From contig OZ287757.1 in assembly GCA_965649765.1 (NCBI GenBank), forward strand, positions 29,512,001 to 29,576,000: DNA of 64,000 bases. The letters run 5' to 3'. Of this stretch, positions 36,371-49,489 are shown piece by piece; position 1 is the stretch's first letter, and the number at the start of each line of letters is the position of its first letter. The DNA is from Bispira polyomma. Lineage: Eukaryota. Under the pieces are notes generated by a model. It did no database searches and was not told the DNA's origin. It saw only the letters and a program-made list of their open reading frames with translations. Both the position numbers and the translations under genes were made by a program.

Positions 36371-39300
36371 ATGGAGGGTGAAAACACAATACCAGTGATT
36401 GATTTTAACAACTGTTCACTGGATATTGATGCAGGGAATTTAAATGAGGAGGTACTAAAACAAACAGGAGAGGCCATTTGTAAAGCCTTTCACGAAGTTG
36501 GATTTATCTATTTGAAAAACCATGGGATTCAGCAGAAAAAGGTACACTGGCCAGTGTTATCTATTGTGAATGATACTGTATATTTTATCTAATGCTGATG
36601 TTTATTTGTACTGAAATTGTATCCTAAATTGCTAGACACTTACAAAACTGAAACAAATATCAAGGAATCAAAATATCATGGCACGAAAGTGTATATATAT
36701 AATGTTGTGAACTTTAATCAAAACATGGTGAATACTGTTAATTAGCTATTAATTATGAAATGTTCTGTGTTAGTGTGTTTTATATAACATCTATCATTGT
36801 TTACCCAATAGATGTACTGTACCATTCTGTATGATATTAATATATAAAAATAATGTTCAAACAAAATTGGTGGGTGTATGTTGAAAAGTTAGCAGTAGAC
36901 CCGCTGAAGGCCTGTGATTTGCAGAGCAGAACACCTTGACCAACTAGCTAAACTGTTCTGATTTCATCCATCATTGAACTACTGCACATAATGGTGTTCT
37001 ATAAGCAATATTTTGGGTCCAGCACTTGTTTTGTATCAAGCGAATAGAAGTTAAGTTTTTGTATCAGGCCGCTGGAAACTTAGTTTTAATTTATTTTGGG
37101 TTAAACATCGCTTTCAACAAACCTTGTAACATATCGAGACATGCATTTCACTGGTGGATGAAATCAGAACATGGAAGTTTGTCTACAAACCACTGGCCTT
37201 CAGTAAGTCAACTATCCACCAAGAAGAATGCAATATAAAATTAAGTGCCTTACTGTTCCTCATCCTTTACAGATAGATGAGACATTTCAATTAGCCAAGA
37301 GATTCATTGAATTGCCTGAGGATGTCAAACACAAATATAAAAGAAATGCTGATGGTTATGGATGGATAGCCATGTCGCGTGAAAGGTAATAGTTCCAATG
37401 GCAGTGTGGTAATAAGGTTGGTATGTTACAGCCTGTTGTCAGATAAAATCCATGAGCACACAAAATTAATCAAATTAATTTTAAGGCATTATGTGATATT
37501 TTGTCATAGTGTGCAAAGCTTCGTTGTAGCTTGAATAAAGAAAGACCACATGATCTGAAGGAATCATTCAGCTATCTACCGCAATATGCACATGTAAGTA
37601 CTCAATCCCTTCGAGGTTTCATTAATGTATATCAGTACATGTATGCCATACTATTCTATTAAGGAGTCAAAGTTCTACTGGATCATTTTAGTTATTGAGA
37701 ATCATAATCCTAGGACAGTCGTCAGGAAACAGTTGAATATGATTTACATTTTACTATCTGGAAAAGTGAGGTGGATGAATTAGTTCTGATATTTAGAAGA
37801 AGGGAAATCCGCAAAACTGGTGTCGTGTGAAAGAATGAATGACAGAACGATTTATGACTTATACATCTCATGTTATTGAATTTAGGGACCAGGGTTACTC
37901 AAACAAGTGTGGGGCCGCGGTGGCCTAGTGGTTAGCAAGCATTGCGCTTCACAATCACTGGTCTCTCACCTCTGGGCGGCGTGAGTTTGAATCCCGTCGA
38001 TGCCTATGTGGGAAAGGTGGTAGTTCCTTACTGTGGGCCGCTGGTTTCTGTGCAGAACCTTGACCGACTGTATGCAGTGTTTCCTCCAGCGTTTCCAACT
38101 ACCCGTCCCAATATAACCTACTAAAAGGTACTAGAGTGGACGTTAAATATCTAAATTCAAATTCAAATACTCAAACAAGTGTAGGTAACAGGTATATGCA
38201 TAAATAACATGTTTAGACTGATCACACAAGGTTTTTGGTATTCATGGATGCTATAAAAGCTAACTTAACCTATTATATCACACTTATGTAGGAATTCCCC
38301 GATCCAAACAAAGATGTGAATGGTTTTGGTAACATCATGGAAGAGATGTTTCACAAGTGTTACAAACTCTCCATGAGAATTTTGGAAGCAATTGGAAAAG
38401 GATTAAAGTTGGAGGTAAGTCTCGTAGTTGACATTGACACTAAAGGTTTAGTATTAAACAAGGGTATTGATATTAAAGTTGAAGTAATACAAATATGTGT
38501 AATAAAACTTCAAAAAAATTAAGCTGTCATCTCAATGAACTACTGTTTGACAAGTCTTCACATAATACTATATATTACAGGATCCATATTACTTCAGTGA
38601 AGCACATCAACCATATATAAGGAAGAGCTTGACATCTTTGCGGATGTTGTATTATCCCCCAATTAAGGATGTTACAAGTAAGGTTATCTGTTATTCTATA
38701 CCGAATTATCACTGTGCAGCTTACTAAAAGTGCATATAGTAATTCTATACTTTATTGTATTTCATAAGAGAACTTCATAGTACATGCAAAATTTCATGGT
38801 ATATTTAACAAAACCTATTGACTCTGAGTCTTTGGGATATCACATTAGTATTATATGTCTGTCGCCTATGCTGTTGTGGGGTCAAATCTCAGCCCTGATG
38901 TGTATGTAAGAAAGTATGTGGTAGATTTGCTAAACACCGGTGGTTCGTATAGCGCAAAACATTGAACAATTACCCTGTTCTGATTGCCTCCACTAGTGTG
39001 CCACAAGACAAGTTATACGTGAAACTCAAAGTAAACTAAACTGATTTTCACTGAAATAGGAATGAAATATAAAACAATATTATTGTTCTAATCCATACAA
39101 GTGTCTTTAGGTCGTTTTAAAGCAGTCACTAGTTGGTGATCTTTAGTCACAGTAAATATGTCTGAAATCTACAAATGATAATGTGTGTCTGTCAATTTGT
39201 GGGTCAATTTCTATTAAAGCAATAGAAGCAAAACAAATCCGCTGTGGAGAACACTCAGACTGGGGTTCTATAACATTACTGTTTCAAGATCAAACTGGAG

Positions 39301-41472
39301 GCTTAGAGGTAATAAGAACTTATTATATTGTATTAAGGGGATCAAACTGGGAATCTTTTATCGCGATAACAACTCTGTAGCAACTAGATCACAAGCTATG
39401 AATAATCTAATCTTATCAAACTTTTATAGCACTTATCTCTGTGTACATGAGACAAAAAATAATTTTGACGATATAGCATATAGCAAATTTTTAATAATTC
39501 ACATGGTTATTACCCTAAGAAGCCAATTAGGCATGTTGCAGTCATTTACATGCTTGTCCATTACCCTTATGGCCTGGTCTCATTGATACATACCTGTGGG
39601 CGCATATGTTTTTGGTGTGGTGTTGACAGAAAGAAAGGGATTGTAGTTCATGTTCTTAAATACCTACCAACTGGCCACTAGCCTACCAGAAAATCTACAG
39701 ACAGATCAACCACTTTCATGTAAAGATGCTCATTTGTCTAGCTCCACAAATAGCTGCACGGGGCCGCGGTGGCCTAGTGGTTAGCAAGCAGTGAGCTTCA
39801 CATTCACTGGTCTCTCACCTCTGGGCGGCGTGAGTTCGAATGCCGTCATGCCTATGTGGGAAAGATGGTAGTTCCTTACTGTGGGCCGCTGGTTTCAGTG
39901 CAGAGCCTTGATCAACTATATGCAGTGTTTCCTCCAGCGTTTCCAACTACCCGTCCCAATATAACCTAAACAGGTACTAGAGTGGACATTAAATATCAAA
40001 AAAAAAAAAAAAATAGCCACACAGGCATGTGTAAATGAGACTGGGCTATGATTTATGTTCAACCATTTTAATGAATACTTAATTTTGCTATTTTCTTTGT
40101 TAACATCATCAACACACTATTAAATATTATCAATATACATTCAGTTTTAGATGTGATATGAAGCAAATTGTCATGCCATCTTACACTGAACAAAATATTT
40201 ATTCGTTTCAAATGTAGGTTATATCCAAAGGAAAGTTTCAGCAGGCCACACCAATACCAGGCACGGTCCTGGTTAACATTGGGGACTTGATGCAAAGATG
40301 GAGTGGGGATTATTTTAAATCAACTGTAGGTATTAAGGCTGTATATTTGGCTGGCTCTACCTGGGATGATTTTTATAATGTTGTTTTTTTGTAATATACA
40401 TGGTATTGTTCCACCCAATGTCAAATATAGTCGCAATTATTAGTTGTGTCCAGTTTTCAAAATTTTAACAACTGTGCACTACATGTGAAATTTTTTTGAG
40501 CTTGGTTATTCTATGGCACATAAATAGTAATCAGGGGTGAAATAATTAAAGTTGAGAACTTTACACTTTAAGTACTGCAGGTTTATTTACCGACAGCAAT
40601 TTGAATTCTATATTTTTTGGGTCACCTATTTTTAAGATTTCCCCAAAACTGTTAAAAAGATGGGTGATTTGACTATATATAATATATTTAAATTTATTTT
40701 CTCTATAAGTACATAGGATGCCATTGTCAATTAGTACACTCAATCTGTAATACAACAATGAACCAATTTATAGTCTCCTATATATCAATATTTGCTGATT
40801 TGGGCTTTGTTCATTACACAGTGTTATACTAGAAGGTTCGATCATTTAAATGACTTTATATTTTTAAAAATAGCAGTTACAATATGCCTTGATTATTAGA
40901 CATCTTCCGTCATAGAGGAATTGGCTTGGAGACAAGCGGTAACATAAAATGTTGTGTAATCGCAAAAAGTTCTCACCAGCGTCTTCCGGATGTCTCCTCA
41001 ATTTCTTAAGTGTCTCTATCTTGTCTTCTTATTGTCTCCAGTCCAGTAATTGCTTCCACTCGATTATGATGGCATGGAATTTCTAAATGTTCAAATTCAC
41101 AGCCACAATGAACCTTTGAAGAGACAAGGAGACACTCACCTATTTCTTAACTTTGTCTTTGAAGTTTCCACCCATGTCGTCTTGCATGTAAAGTAGTCAT
41201 ATCATTCCAAAATATCATTGCTTTACTTTTTACTGGTAAACGATTAAATACTCTTACATTACATATTTTGTTTCTGTACACAGGTACATCGAGTGGTCTT
41301 ACCTGAAGCCCTAGCTGCATATCCAGAGCGGAAATCTTTGGCTTTTTTTGCTATACCTGACGATGACTGCGAAATTGTCAGTTTAAAGCCACAGGAAGGT
41401 AGTGATCCAACTCCGCCAATCAAAAGCAGAGATTACATGGATATGAAGATGACAGCTGCTATGCGTTATTGA
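36371..41472 (+). CDS. 2OG-Fe(II) dioxygenase B, isopenicillin N synthase-like family; 8 coding exons, 317 aa
   Basis: Exons 36371-36541, 37273-37385, 37530-37593, 38292-38414, 38581-38677, 39220-39308, 40218-40325, 41284-41472. GT-AG, same intron phases as gene A (954 nt, open). HSD...VHRV and RKS motifs intact. Confidence 0.93.
37911..38167 (+). mobile_element. tRNA-derived SINE, copy 2
   Basis: Near-identical to copy 1; 15-bp TSD tactcaaacaagtgt (37896-37910 / 38168-38182). Confidence 0.95.
39760..40010 (+). mobile_element. tRNA-derived SINE, copy 3 (poly-A tail)
   Basis: Same body, pure A tail, imperfect TSD aaatagctgcac / aaatagccacac. The empty site is visible in paralog C near 58460. 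Confidence 0.93.
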
Positions 41473-41799
41473 CTCTCCTATGAAGTCTTTAGCATGTGCC
41501 TCCCTTTTAATGCCGGTATGACATTGATTTGAAGCTTGTAGTGAAAGGCAGAAATTGGGGTTCTTAATTATGCACAGAAATGAATTAAATGCATTCAGTA
41601 CATCTCATATATGTGTGACCTTAAACATAAGTTTGTCTTTGCATATGAGTAAAGAAAACTGATGTTGGGGATATTAGTTTATTCTATGTTATTCTCTAAT
41701 ATTTATATACCGACATGGACCACCTCAAAGTGGTAAGGTTGCATTTACGTTAGTGAATTGACTTCATGGTCAGATCTTAGCTTAAGCGTCCTCAATGTA

Positions 41800-42030
41800 A
41801 GGTCACCCTAAATATATGGTTGACCCTGTGGGTCGAAAATGAGCTCGAAATCGCTCTATGTTGCAACGTTTCCGATATAACACATGTTTTCAAAAAAGAC
41901 GCAGAAATTCAAGATGGCCACCAAAATCGAAAATTTCTTTAAAAGTTGACATATAAGCACAATTAACCCTGCGGGTCAAAAATGAGCTTGAAATCGCTCT
42001 ATCTAGCACTATTCCCAAGAATATGGGAGA
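41800..42030. repeat. Two-copy ~144-bp repeat, probably a non-autonomous Helitron/Helentron-type fragment
   Basis: accctg(t/c)gggtc(g/a)aaaatgagct(c/t)gaaatcgctctat at ~41823 and ~41967, with an internal aaattcaagatggcc motif. Family assignment is inference. Confidence 0.6.
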
Positions 42031-42615
42031 AATGTAAGGTCTGGGTCATTTATTTAAGGTTTTGTGGAGGGGATGCCTGGATGATAATTTTGTGCAGGTT
42101 GTCAAATTGCAAAGCTTTGTGTAGTGTTGTGTATGTGCAGCTAATATTTAATTTTCGATAAAACAGACAAAGCTCTTAAATTGTGGAGCAGATTGAGATA
42201 AAATAGGGGATCCAGAGTATTGTCCCTTCTTGGCCCTGCAATGTCCTTATAGAGTCATTCACTATAATGAGTGTCAGTATTGTTAAAAATTTATTCTTTT
42301 TTTTTTTTGAAAATTATATTTTAAAAGGCTATTTTACATGAACAGTAGCATTGTATGATTTTAATAAGTATAATAGCTTAAACCCTTCTCTTATCTAAAA
42401 AAGAGCAGTTGATAGTAGTTTAACATTTACCTCATAAAATAAGTCCCATTTAATCTTTGGAAACATTTAATGTAGAATTACTTCAGCCGACACAGCTGCT
42501 GACATTCATTTATGTAATTTTATTGATACATTGGAAGCTACTTTATTGTACATTTATATCAGCCCAAAGACATACAACCAAATTAAATTATACATTGTCT
42601 AGTTATGGACAAGTA

Positions 42616-42864
42616 GGGGCCACGGTGGCCTAGTGGTTAGCAAGCATTGCGCTTCACAATCACTGGTCTCTCACCTCTGGGCGGCGTGAGTTCGAATCCC
42701 ATTGATGCCTATGTGGGAAAGGTGGTAGTGCCTTACTGTGGGCCGCTGGTTTCTCTGCAGAACCTTGACCGACTGTATGCAGTGTTCCTCCAGCGTTTCC
42801 AACTACCCGTCCCAATATAACCTACTAAAAGGTACTAGAGTGGACGTTAAATATCCAAATTCAA
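42616..42864 (+). mobile_element. tRNA-derived SINE, copy 4
   Basis: Same body; 15-bp TSD agttatggacaagta (42601-42615 / 42865-42879). Confidence 0.95.
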
Positions 42865-44942
42865 AGTTATGGACAAGTAAAAATAAAACACAGTGTAACA
42901 GTAGTTGTAATAGGTACACAGATAAATGTGTGAAGATGAAGCCATACTTTAAGTAAACTGATGAATAAAGTAAGAATTGATTGTAACAATTCAACATACA
43001 AATGGAGAGGTATGGTAAAAATTGAAAAGACAGAGTTTTTAATAAACTGTCAACAGGTATGAGTAAGACCATATAAATGAAATGTACTTAACTGAAATGG
43101 AATATCCAAGGATATATCTGTGAAACTTCACAAACAGTACAGTAGGTGGTAAGCACAATATGTAGTTCAATGGTAACATAAAGAAGAAGTAAATGTTACT
43201 TTTTCCACTAGTATTAATTCATAAAAGGGAAGAACAATATAATAATATATATCTGTGTCAGTAAAGAGCAAAGCTTCAACTGATTACACACACACACAGG
43301 TTTTTCAACACTTTGACCCCATCTGGTAAATATCAGTTTGACTGATTCATTTGAATCTACATAGTGGCCAGCAGGACAGTAGTCATGTATTGTAATAAAA
43401 CCATCTTTAACTTTTTGGGAGCTATTATTGGGTAATGTAATTGTGAAATAACTATCGTCTGTGGCTAACTTCATACTTACTCTGCACTTGCTAATAGGTC
43501 CACTCACAAGTCTGTTTGGTTAAACCTAAAAGGTAAGGACAGATTCTTGGTCCATCAGTTTGTGTGTAGATTAGTTTAGTTATTAATTTGAATTAAATCT
43601 TACTGTCAATACTGGCATATTGTATCATGAAAGGCCCTATATCAGGGTAGTTTTATTTTCCTGGAAAAAAATAATCATTCTATAAATCACAGATTTCAAT
43701 CCATGACTATGGAGGGTAGTTGCCAAAGTGTTACCTCTATCTTATTATTATTGTGATTTTTACGACGCTTTATTGATTCTAGACATTTTCTAAAGCACTA
43801 CAACAGTATCAGTTTATTATGTAGTTTATAAACATAGCCAGGTCATATGGAAGAACGTGGGGTGTACATGAGGGAATTAAGGGGATTAGAGAGCTTGAAA
43901 AGATAGGTTTTAGGTTTTTCCCTATCATTCTTGGTGGGTTTAACAGAGGAGATAGAAAGTCTATTACCTCTTTTCAGGATACCAAAAGAAAGAAGGGAAG
44001 GGAAGTATGATCGCTGTTAAGTATAATTGGTACACTTTGATTTTAAGCAAAATTTTATAGTAAATAGGTAGCCCTGCATAGATATTTTGGAATAAATTGG
44101 TAAAAAGTAAGCTTTTTTGGTATTATAGGAGGAAATCCCTAGCCTATACCTCTTTGCCCTTTCTTGATAATGACATTTTTTAGTGTTTCTTTACCCAATA
44201 TAGACCACAAACAAAAGACTAATCACAAAAGATAATCAGTATGTTTGATTTTAATTATTAAATGACTGGAAATTCATATTATTTTATATATTTAAATATG
44301 TCAATACACAATATAATCTGACCCAGTATCGGATGCAGTATAAAAACACCATCCAAATTGGTCTAATCGAAGGGGACGTAATTGTTCGAATCGGATAGCA
44401 AGCCCCTTTGGTGTTTGTGCTAGAATAGCTGGTATGCTGTTTGACGGAGCTGAAACTGAACATTTGGTTGACAAGCAAAAGAACCCAGGCTGGAGAGGTG
44501 TACATTGTAAAGTCAGATCACCAGGTAATCATACCATTTCGAGTTAGCTTTTATGATGGAGTCGAAGTGTTCATTCAGTGATAGTGATTTATGACAATCT
44601 GATAACATTTTCTGTCAAAAGCTGATTTTTTTAGTTGTCGTTTCTGAGATTTGGCTTCCTTGCTATCTGGTGTCGTCCAATCATGGGGGTTGGCAGGTGC
44701 AGTAGGCAGCGCCAATGCACGAAGGGGTTCAGTTCTTGGGGTACCAGACTAAAATTAACTTGACCTAGATCGTGGCTAGTATAAAAGACAGCTCATTTCA
44801 AATTCTCCCGCCTTTCTTACTTTTGTTTACCAAGGAACAACTTCAAAACATGGCGTGGTCGTTTAAATTTTGTGTTAAAACTCGAAAATTGCACTGTTCT
44901 ATTGTTTTATACACCATTGCTTTATTCAAACATAAGTTCAAG

Positions 44943-47497
44943 ATGCCACGTGTTAAAGAATATAGTTGTTCCAAATGTAGGTGAAAGCATGAAAGGCCAG
45001 TTGTGAAACATTGTGTACATTTCAATGGGCCGGAAGAGGGATCCGCTGCCATTGACAGCCCTAGGGTTACAGGTGCCCGCTATCTAGTTCTTGAGGGCTC
45101 GGTTTCAGAACAAATACTATTGCAAATGCAATCTATGTCCCAGATGATGGAAAAGATGGATCAGCGGGTGCTTCTTACGGAGGCTGCGATGGCTGGAAAC
45201 CTCACCAAAAACCAGGTGGGTAGTAGTTCTCTTTCTAAAAGTTATGTTTCCAAAACCGGTGATGATAATGTGGTAACAGAAAGTGTGATCCCTAGCGTTG
45301 ATTTTGAGAAAAATTCAGCCATTCAGAGCCAAGTAGAGCAAAGGCTCTACCTAAGGTAAGAGAGGGGGAGGGTCCGATATATTGGTAAAAAAAATCATGT
45401 TCTATCCGGCAGTATCAAAAGTTATGACGATTTGTCCTTAAACCAATGGGTGTGCGGATTCACCAAAATTATTCAAGATGACAAATAACAGGCAGTCTGA
45501 GAAATAATTCTCAAGTACACAGCGAATCTGATGGAAGACTCCCACGATTTTTCCTTGGAGGCGGCCAAGGCATGTCATGCTGTCGTTTTATCAACAATGG
45601 AAATGGATATGTTACAATGGACGGATGTGGACAAAATAGACCGATTAAGGCAGGGTCCATGCCCAAAGGCACATACAAAATAATGGCAGTTCTCCGGGCA
45701 TAGGTGCACGGGTGGTAGTAAAACCAACATCAATGCCCAGCAGAATTGTGCTAATTGTAAGTTCTTTTAAGAAGAAACTTGTAAGTTTCCAAGTAGCCAC
45801 AAAACGAGCAATATATATTTCAAACAGATTTGTGAATCATGCGGAAGGACACACAAAAACTTGCAGTAAAAACAACTAAACAAAAACAAAAAAAACTAAG
45901 TGGCCACTGCATCAATGCAGTGGGCGATAAAAGTGTGGAAGAATGAATTTTCAATCGAACTGTTTTTAGAAAGGGTTTTGATTTATTTCATCTACTAAAC
46001 AAAATGGTGATTCAAAAAATGTGTAAATATAATAGGGCTACAACACCACGGTATAGCTACAGCTAAATTGTGCAGAAAGCACGTAGTAGTGTGACTTTTA
46101 GGTAAAAAAATGTATTAAATGTTGTAAATTTAAACACAAGTGTGTTACTAATTCAGGAATGCCCAAACAAAAACCAGTCAGTACGAATGTGGGGCTGAGT
46201 TGAAAACAACTGTGGCCAGTTGTAGTAAGGGATTTATATCCACTGATAAATATACTTTTGAGCTCAAGCAGGAACAAAATCAACACAAGTTGTTAGAGAA
46301 AGCAAAAACGGATAAAACAATTTTCATGATCAGAATGCAGTACAATATAGCTTTACACCTTTGTCCACAATAAGTTGTAAAATCTGGGATAACAGTGCGG
46401 AAAATCTGGGTGAAAATATATTAGAAATGCATCAAATACTATGTTGTGATGGCCGACATAATTATGATGGCCTCCAAATACCAGTAGATTTACAACTGAA
46501 TGCTGATAGGTGGGAACATTATCTCGACAAATATTGGGATTGACAGTTGCCGTTTAACTTAGGTACAGGTTTCCACTTGATGTGAACCCCTATGTTCGGA
46601 CAATAACAATTCGGCTACAAAATTTCCTGATCACGTTGATTTCTAGTTGAGAGGGGAATGCTGCCATGGAGCAATGCTCGGGCAGTTTAAAAATCTTCCA
46701 ATTAAAAATCTTGATTTTTTCACTAATGATGACACAAAATAAATGAGCTCAAGTAACAAAGCTGGTCATCGTTGATATTAGCCAAAAGACAAATCAGTTA
46801 ATGCGGTTGCTTCACCCACCGCATACATGGGCACTGAATTTTTACTGTCTTATTCTTCAATTGACAACCTAACTAATAAAATTCGGAAACTGGAAAAAGG
46901 TTGTGAAATCTTCAAAAGTGACGTAAGCAGGGCATTCTGCCACATACCCATTGACCCAGGGGCCATACATTTGCTTGACCACAAATGGGGTGATTATTTT
47001 ATAAATAAATCCCTGCCGTTCGAATATCAGAATGACTCCACTATTTGTCAACATCTTTTGGACGCAGTTCGGTTCATAATGTACTCTGAGGGTCATGACG
47101 TCCACAATTATATAGATTATTTTTATGTGCTTCGTTACCAAGCCAAATTAATAAGACTTATGAGAGACTGCAAGATCTTTTACCCGAATTGGGCCTAACA
47201 ATAAATGAAAAGAAATTAGTGGCTCCCAGTACGGAGGTTGTTTGCCTTGGGATAAGCATTAACACAATTGAATGTACCATCTTAATTCCGGATGAAAAAC
47301 TAAAAGAAATCCAGGATAGGTGTACTGTATGGAACTACAAAAATTGTTGCAATGAAAGAGAGTTACAGTCTCTTCTGGGTTCGCTGTTGTATGTTGCCAA
47401 CTTCATTAATTGTACCAGATTATATCTGAATAGAAAGCTTCAGCTATTAAGAGATAACCACAGCAAAAATAAATTTCCTATTACTCTATGCAATATT
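44943..47497 (+). mobile_element. Ngaro-like retrotransposon copy 2 (decayed gag + RT), cut by a MULE
   Basis: N-terminal CSKC..H..C finger; gag core YDDLSLNQWVCGF...LMEDSHDFSLEAAKACHA. RT remnants QLNADRWEHYL, FKSDVSRAF, HNYID, CLGISIN, LQSLLGSLLY. Many stops. Confidence 0.85.
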
Positions 47498-49480
47498 CGG
47501 TGCGCGGACAAAATGCCGGTGGACAAAATGCCGGTCAAAATTGCAAGGGTGGACAAAATGCCGGCCGGTTTTGGGCCGGGTGGACAAAATGCCGGTCTTT
47601 GGATTGTGAGCATTTTATTAACATTGAAAGGTTACAACCTTAAAAACGTTTGATTTTCAAGCACATAAAAAACTTTATTAACATTAAAAATATTTTCAAG
47701 CACTACATAGTCTTATCAACATTAAAAGCCATCACCATGACAAGAATATATAAATCATTTTAGTCGAATAGAATGCCCTATTCCATTCAAAAAGTCTTTG
47801 ATACAAATTGTTTTGTTGGCTCTCTGAACACATAAGTTGAACAGTTTTTGTTGGAGGTCTTTTGTACACTTCCGTTGCCTTTTTTGGGGAGGTTGTCCAC
47901 GAGCTGCCTGAAGTAACTGACTTATGACCATAGCAGCATCATCCCTCAAGTGGTCAATGAGCCTCCAGATGGATGGGTGGTCATGTCCAACTGTCTGGCG
48001 GAATGAGTTGTTCCACCCCTCGCAGTAGTTGTTTGTTCGGTCTGCTCCTTGTACGGTGATCTGATGAACATTCCACACATCCAATGGGTACTGAGGTGGT
48101 ATCTTACGCAGGCGAATACAAGGCAGATTATCACCGGTGACTGGTCTTTGAACACGCCGAAAACTTCCACTGACATAGGTGTGGTCAAAGTAGTCCAGTA
48201 ATTCATCACCGGGTGTGTAACATATTTCACGTAGGTACTGCATCCCCTCAGAGATTTCCTCTACTGGCAGGAATGCAAGCCCGTCCACCATCCCACAGAA
48301 GTGCTTGAACTCTCCATCTAGTTTGTAGAGATCTTGTAGGCCAAGTCCTTGAATTTTCCTCCACGTGCTTTGGGTCAGATGATAGAAACAACCTTTAATA
48401 GTGATGTGAGAACCCAAAACTTGCTGAAAGGCATTGATTACAGATCGCTCAAAGTCCATATGAATAATTTCTGGATCTGGGCTGAAACCTAATGACTCGC
48501 ATCTATCCACAATAGCCTGAAGCATCTCAGTGTAGAGTTCTTGGGATTTGCCTGACAACAATGCATAGCAACATGTCACTGCTGACTCTCCAAGTTTTGC
48601 CCGAATGACGTATAGCTGTTGGAATATTAAAGGGGCCACAGAAAAAGTTCCATCGACAAACCAAGTGTCTGCCAGAGCTAGGTGTTTGAGTCCCTCATCA
48701 GTGGCAAACACAATCACCCTCTGTCTGTTTCCGGAACCGCTGTCGTGGACCAGGAAAGTCTTTGGATGAGGTCCTGATGTTTGGGTCCATTCACCTTCAA
48801 CAGTCAGTTCTTCTAGAGTCTTTGGGTCCTTTGGGAGGTTACCGCGTTGAATTCGTCTGATGGATCTCTTGAGACTATCAGGCTTGCCAATCTCAGCACG
48901 CACACCATTACTTGCTTGTGAGAGTGTTGAGCTAAGGATGGCATGTGGCTTTACTTTGGATACCTGAGAGGAACTTTTTAACTGGTTTCTCAACTTAGCA
49001 ACTTCAACTGTGGTAGTGCTGGTGTCATGGCAATGTGGATGTTTAGGCACTGGATTTTCCATATCTGAATTAGTCACCAGTGAACCATTACACAAAAAAG
49101 CATTTTTTTGAGAGCATGACCACTGTATGAAATTTTTAGTCTTTGATTTCTTAGTGTACATGAAACCCTCAAAACATAATTTTGACCCTCCTTTATTTGT
49201 TTTAATTAACTCCATAATCTGTCAGCTCTGGTTTCACTTGATGAATGATTATTGGTAAGAAAAACTGAACCTTTTATAGACATAGTCACTGCCAAGGAGG
49301 TTGCAATTGATAAATGAGCAATTGAGCAATTGAGCAATTGAGAAATGTAATTGAAGATAAAATCACAATATCACAAAGGATTATTATTGGCAAAGACAGG
49401 AATGATTCAAAGGGACAAGTTTTCAAAGAAATAGTTCAAAACCAGAGGATTGCAGTTACCCCTAAATAACTCTTTATTCC
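47498..49480 (-). mobile_element. Mutator-like (MULE) DNA transposon, one terminus retained
   Basis: The terminus at 47498 carries four ggacaaaatgccgg subterminal repeats (47506, 47521, 47551, 47582) and the element holds an intact transposase. No matching inverted end was found on the other side. Confidence 0.88.
47755..49215 (-). CDS. FLYWCH-MULE DDE transposase, intact 486 aa
   Basis: N-terminal FLYWCH finger (TNKGGSKLCFEGFMY...WSC...C...HCH); catalytic WFVDGTF, IHMDFE, CFYH (CxxH) and RTNNYCEGWN. Confidence 0.95.
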   Translation of the reverse strand: MELIKTNKGGSKLCFEGFMYTKKSKTKNFIQWSCSQKNAFLCNGSLVTNSDMENPVPKHPHCHDTSTTTVEVAKLRNQLKSSSQVSKVKPHAILSSTLSQASNGVRAEIGKPDSLKRSIRRIQRGNLPKDPKTLEELTVEGEWTQTSGPHPKTFLVHDSGSGNRQRVIVFATDEGLKHLALADTWFVDGTFSVAPLIFQQLYVIRAKLGESAVTCCYALLSGKSQELYTEMLQAIVDRCESLGFSPDPEIIHMDFERSVINAFQQVLGSHITIKGCFYHLTQSTWRKIQGLGLQDLYKLDGEFKHFCGMVDGLAFLPVEEISEGMQYLREICYTPGDELLDYFDHTYVSGSFRRVQRPVTGDNLPCIRLRKIPPQYPLDVWNVHQITVQGADRTNNYCEGWNNSFRQTVGHDHPSIWRLIDHLRDDAAMVISQLLQAARGQPPQKRQRKCTKDLQQKLFNLCVQRANKTICIKDFLNGIGHSIRLK

Positions 49481-49489
49481 TATTGGGAC

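Noticed and set aside
27589-41472. Beta-lactam biosynthesis or recent horizontal transfer
   Set aside because: Only family-level IPNS similarity; seven conserved spliceosomal introns, host-like composition, and no ACV synthetase or other pathway gene in the window.
31898-42864. tRNA genes and the 60-72 aa ORFs at 31929, 37942 and 42738
   Set aside because: The tRNA-like heads continue into a shared body, tail and TSD, so they are SINEs; the ORFs are incidental.
43709-43740. atggagggt as the missing start of pseudogene C exon 1
   Set aside because: Matches gene B for 9 nt only; downstream codons do not align.
47506-47595. CRISPR-like repeat-spacer array
   Set aside because: 14-bp repeats with 1-17 nt gaps at a MULE terminus, no cas genes; these are subterminal repeats.
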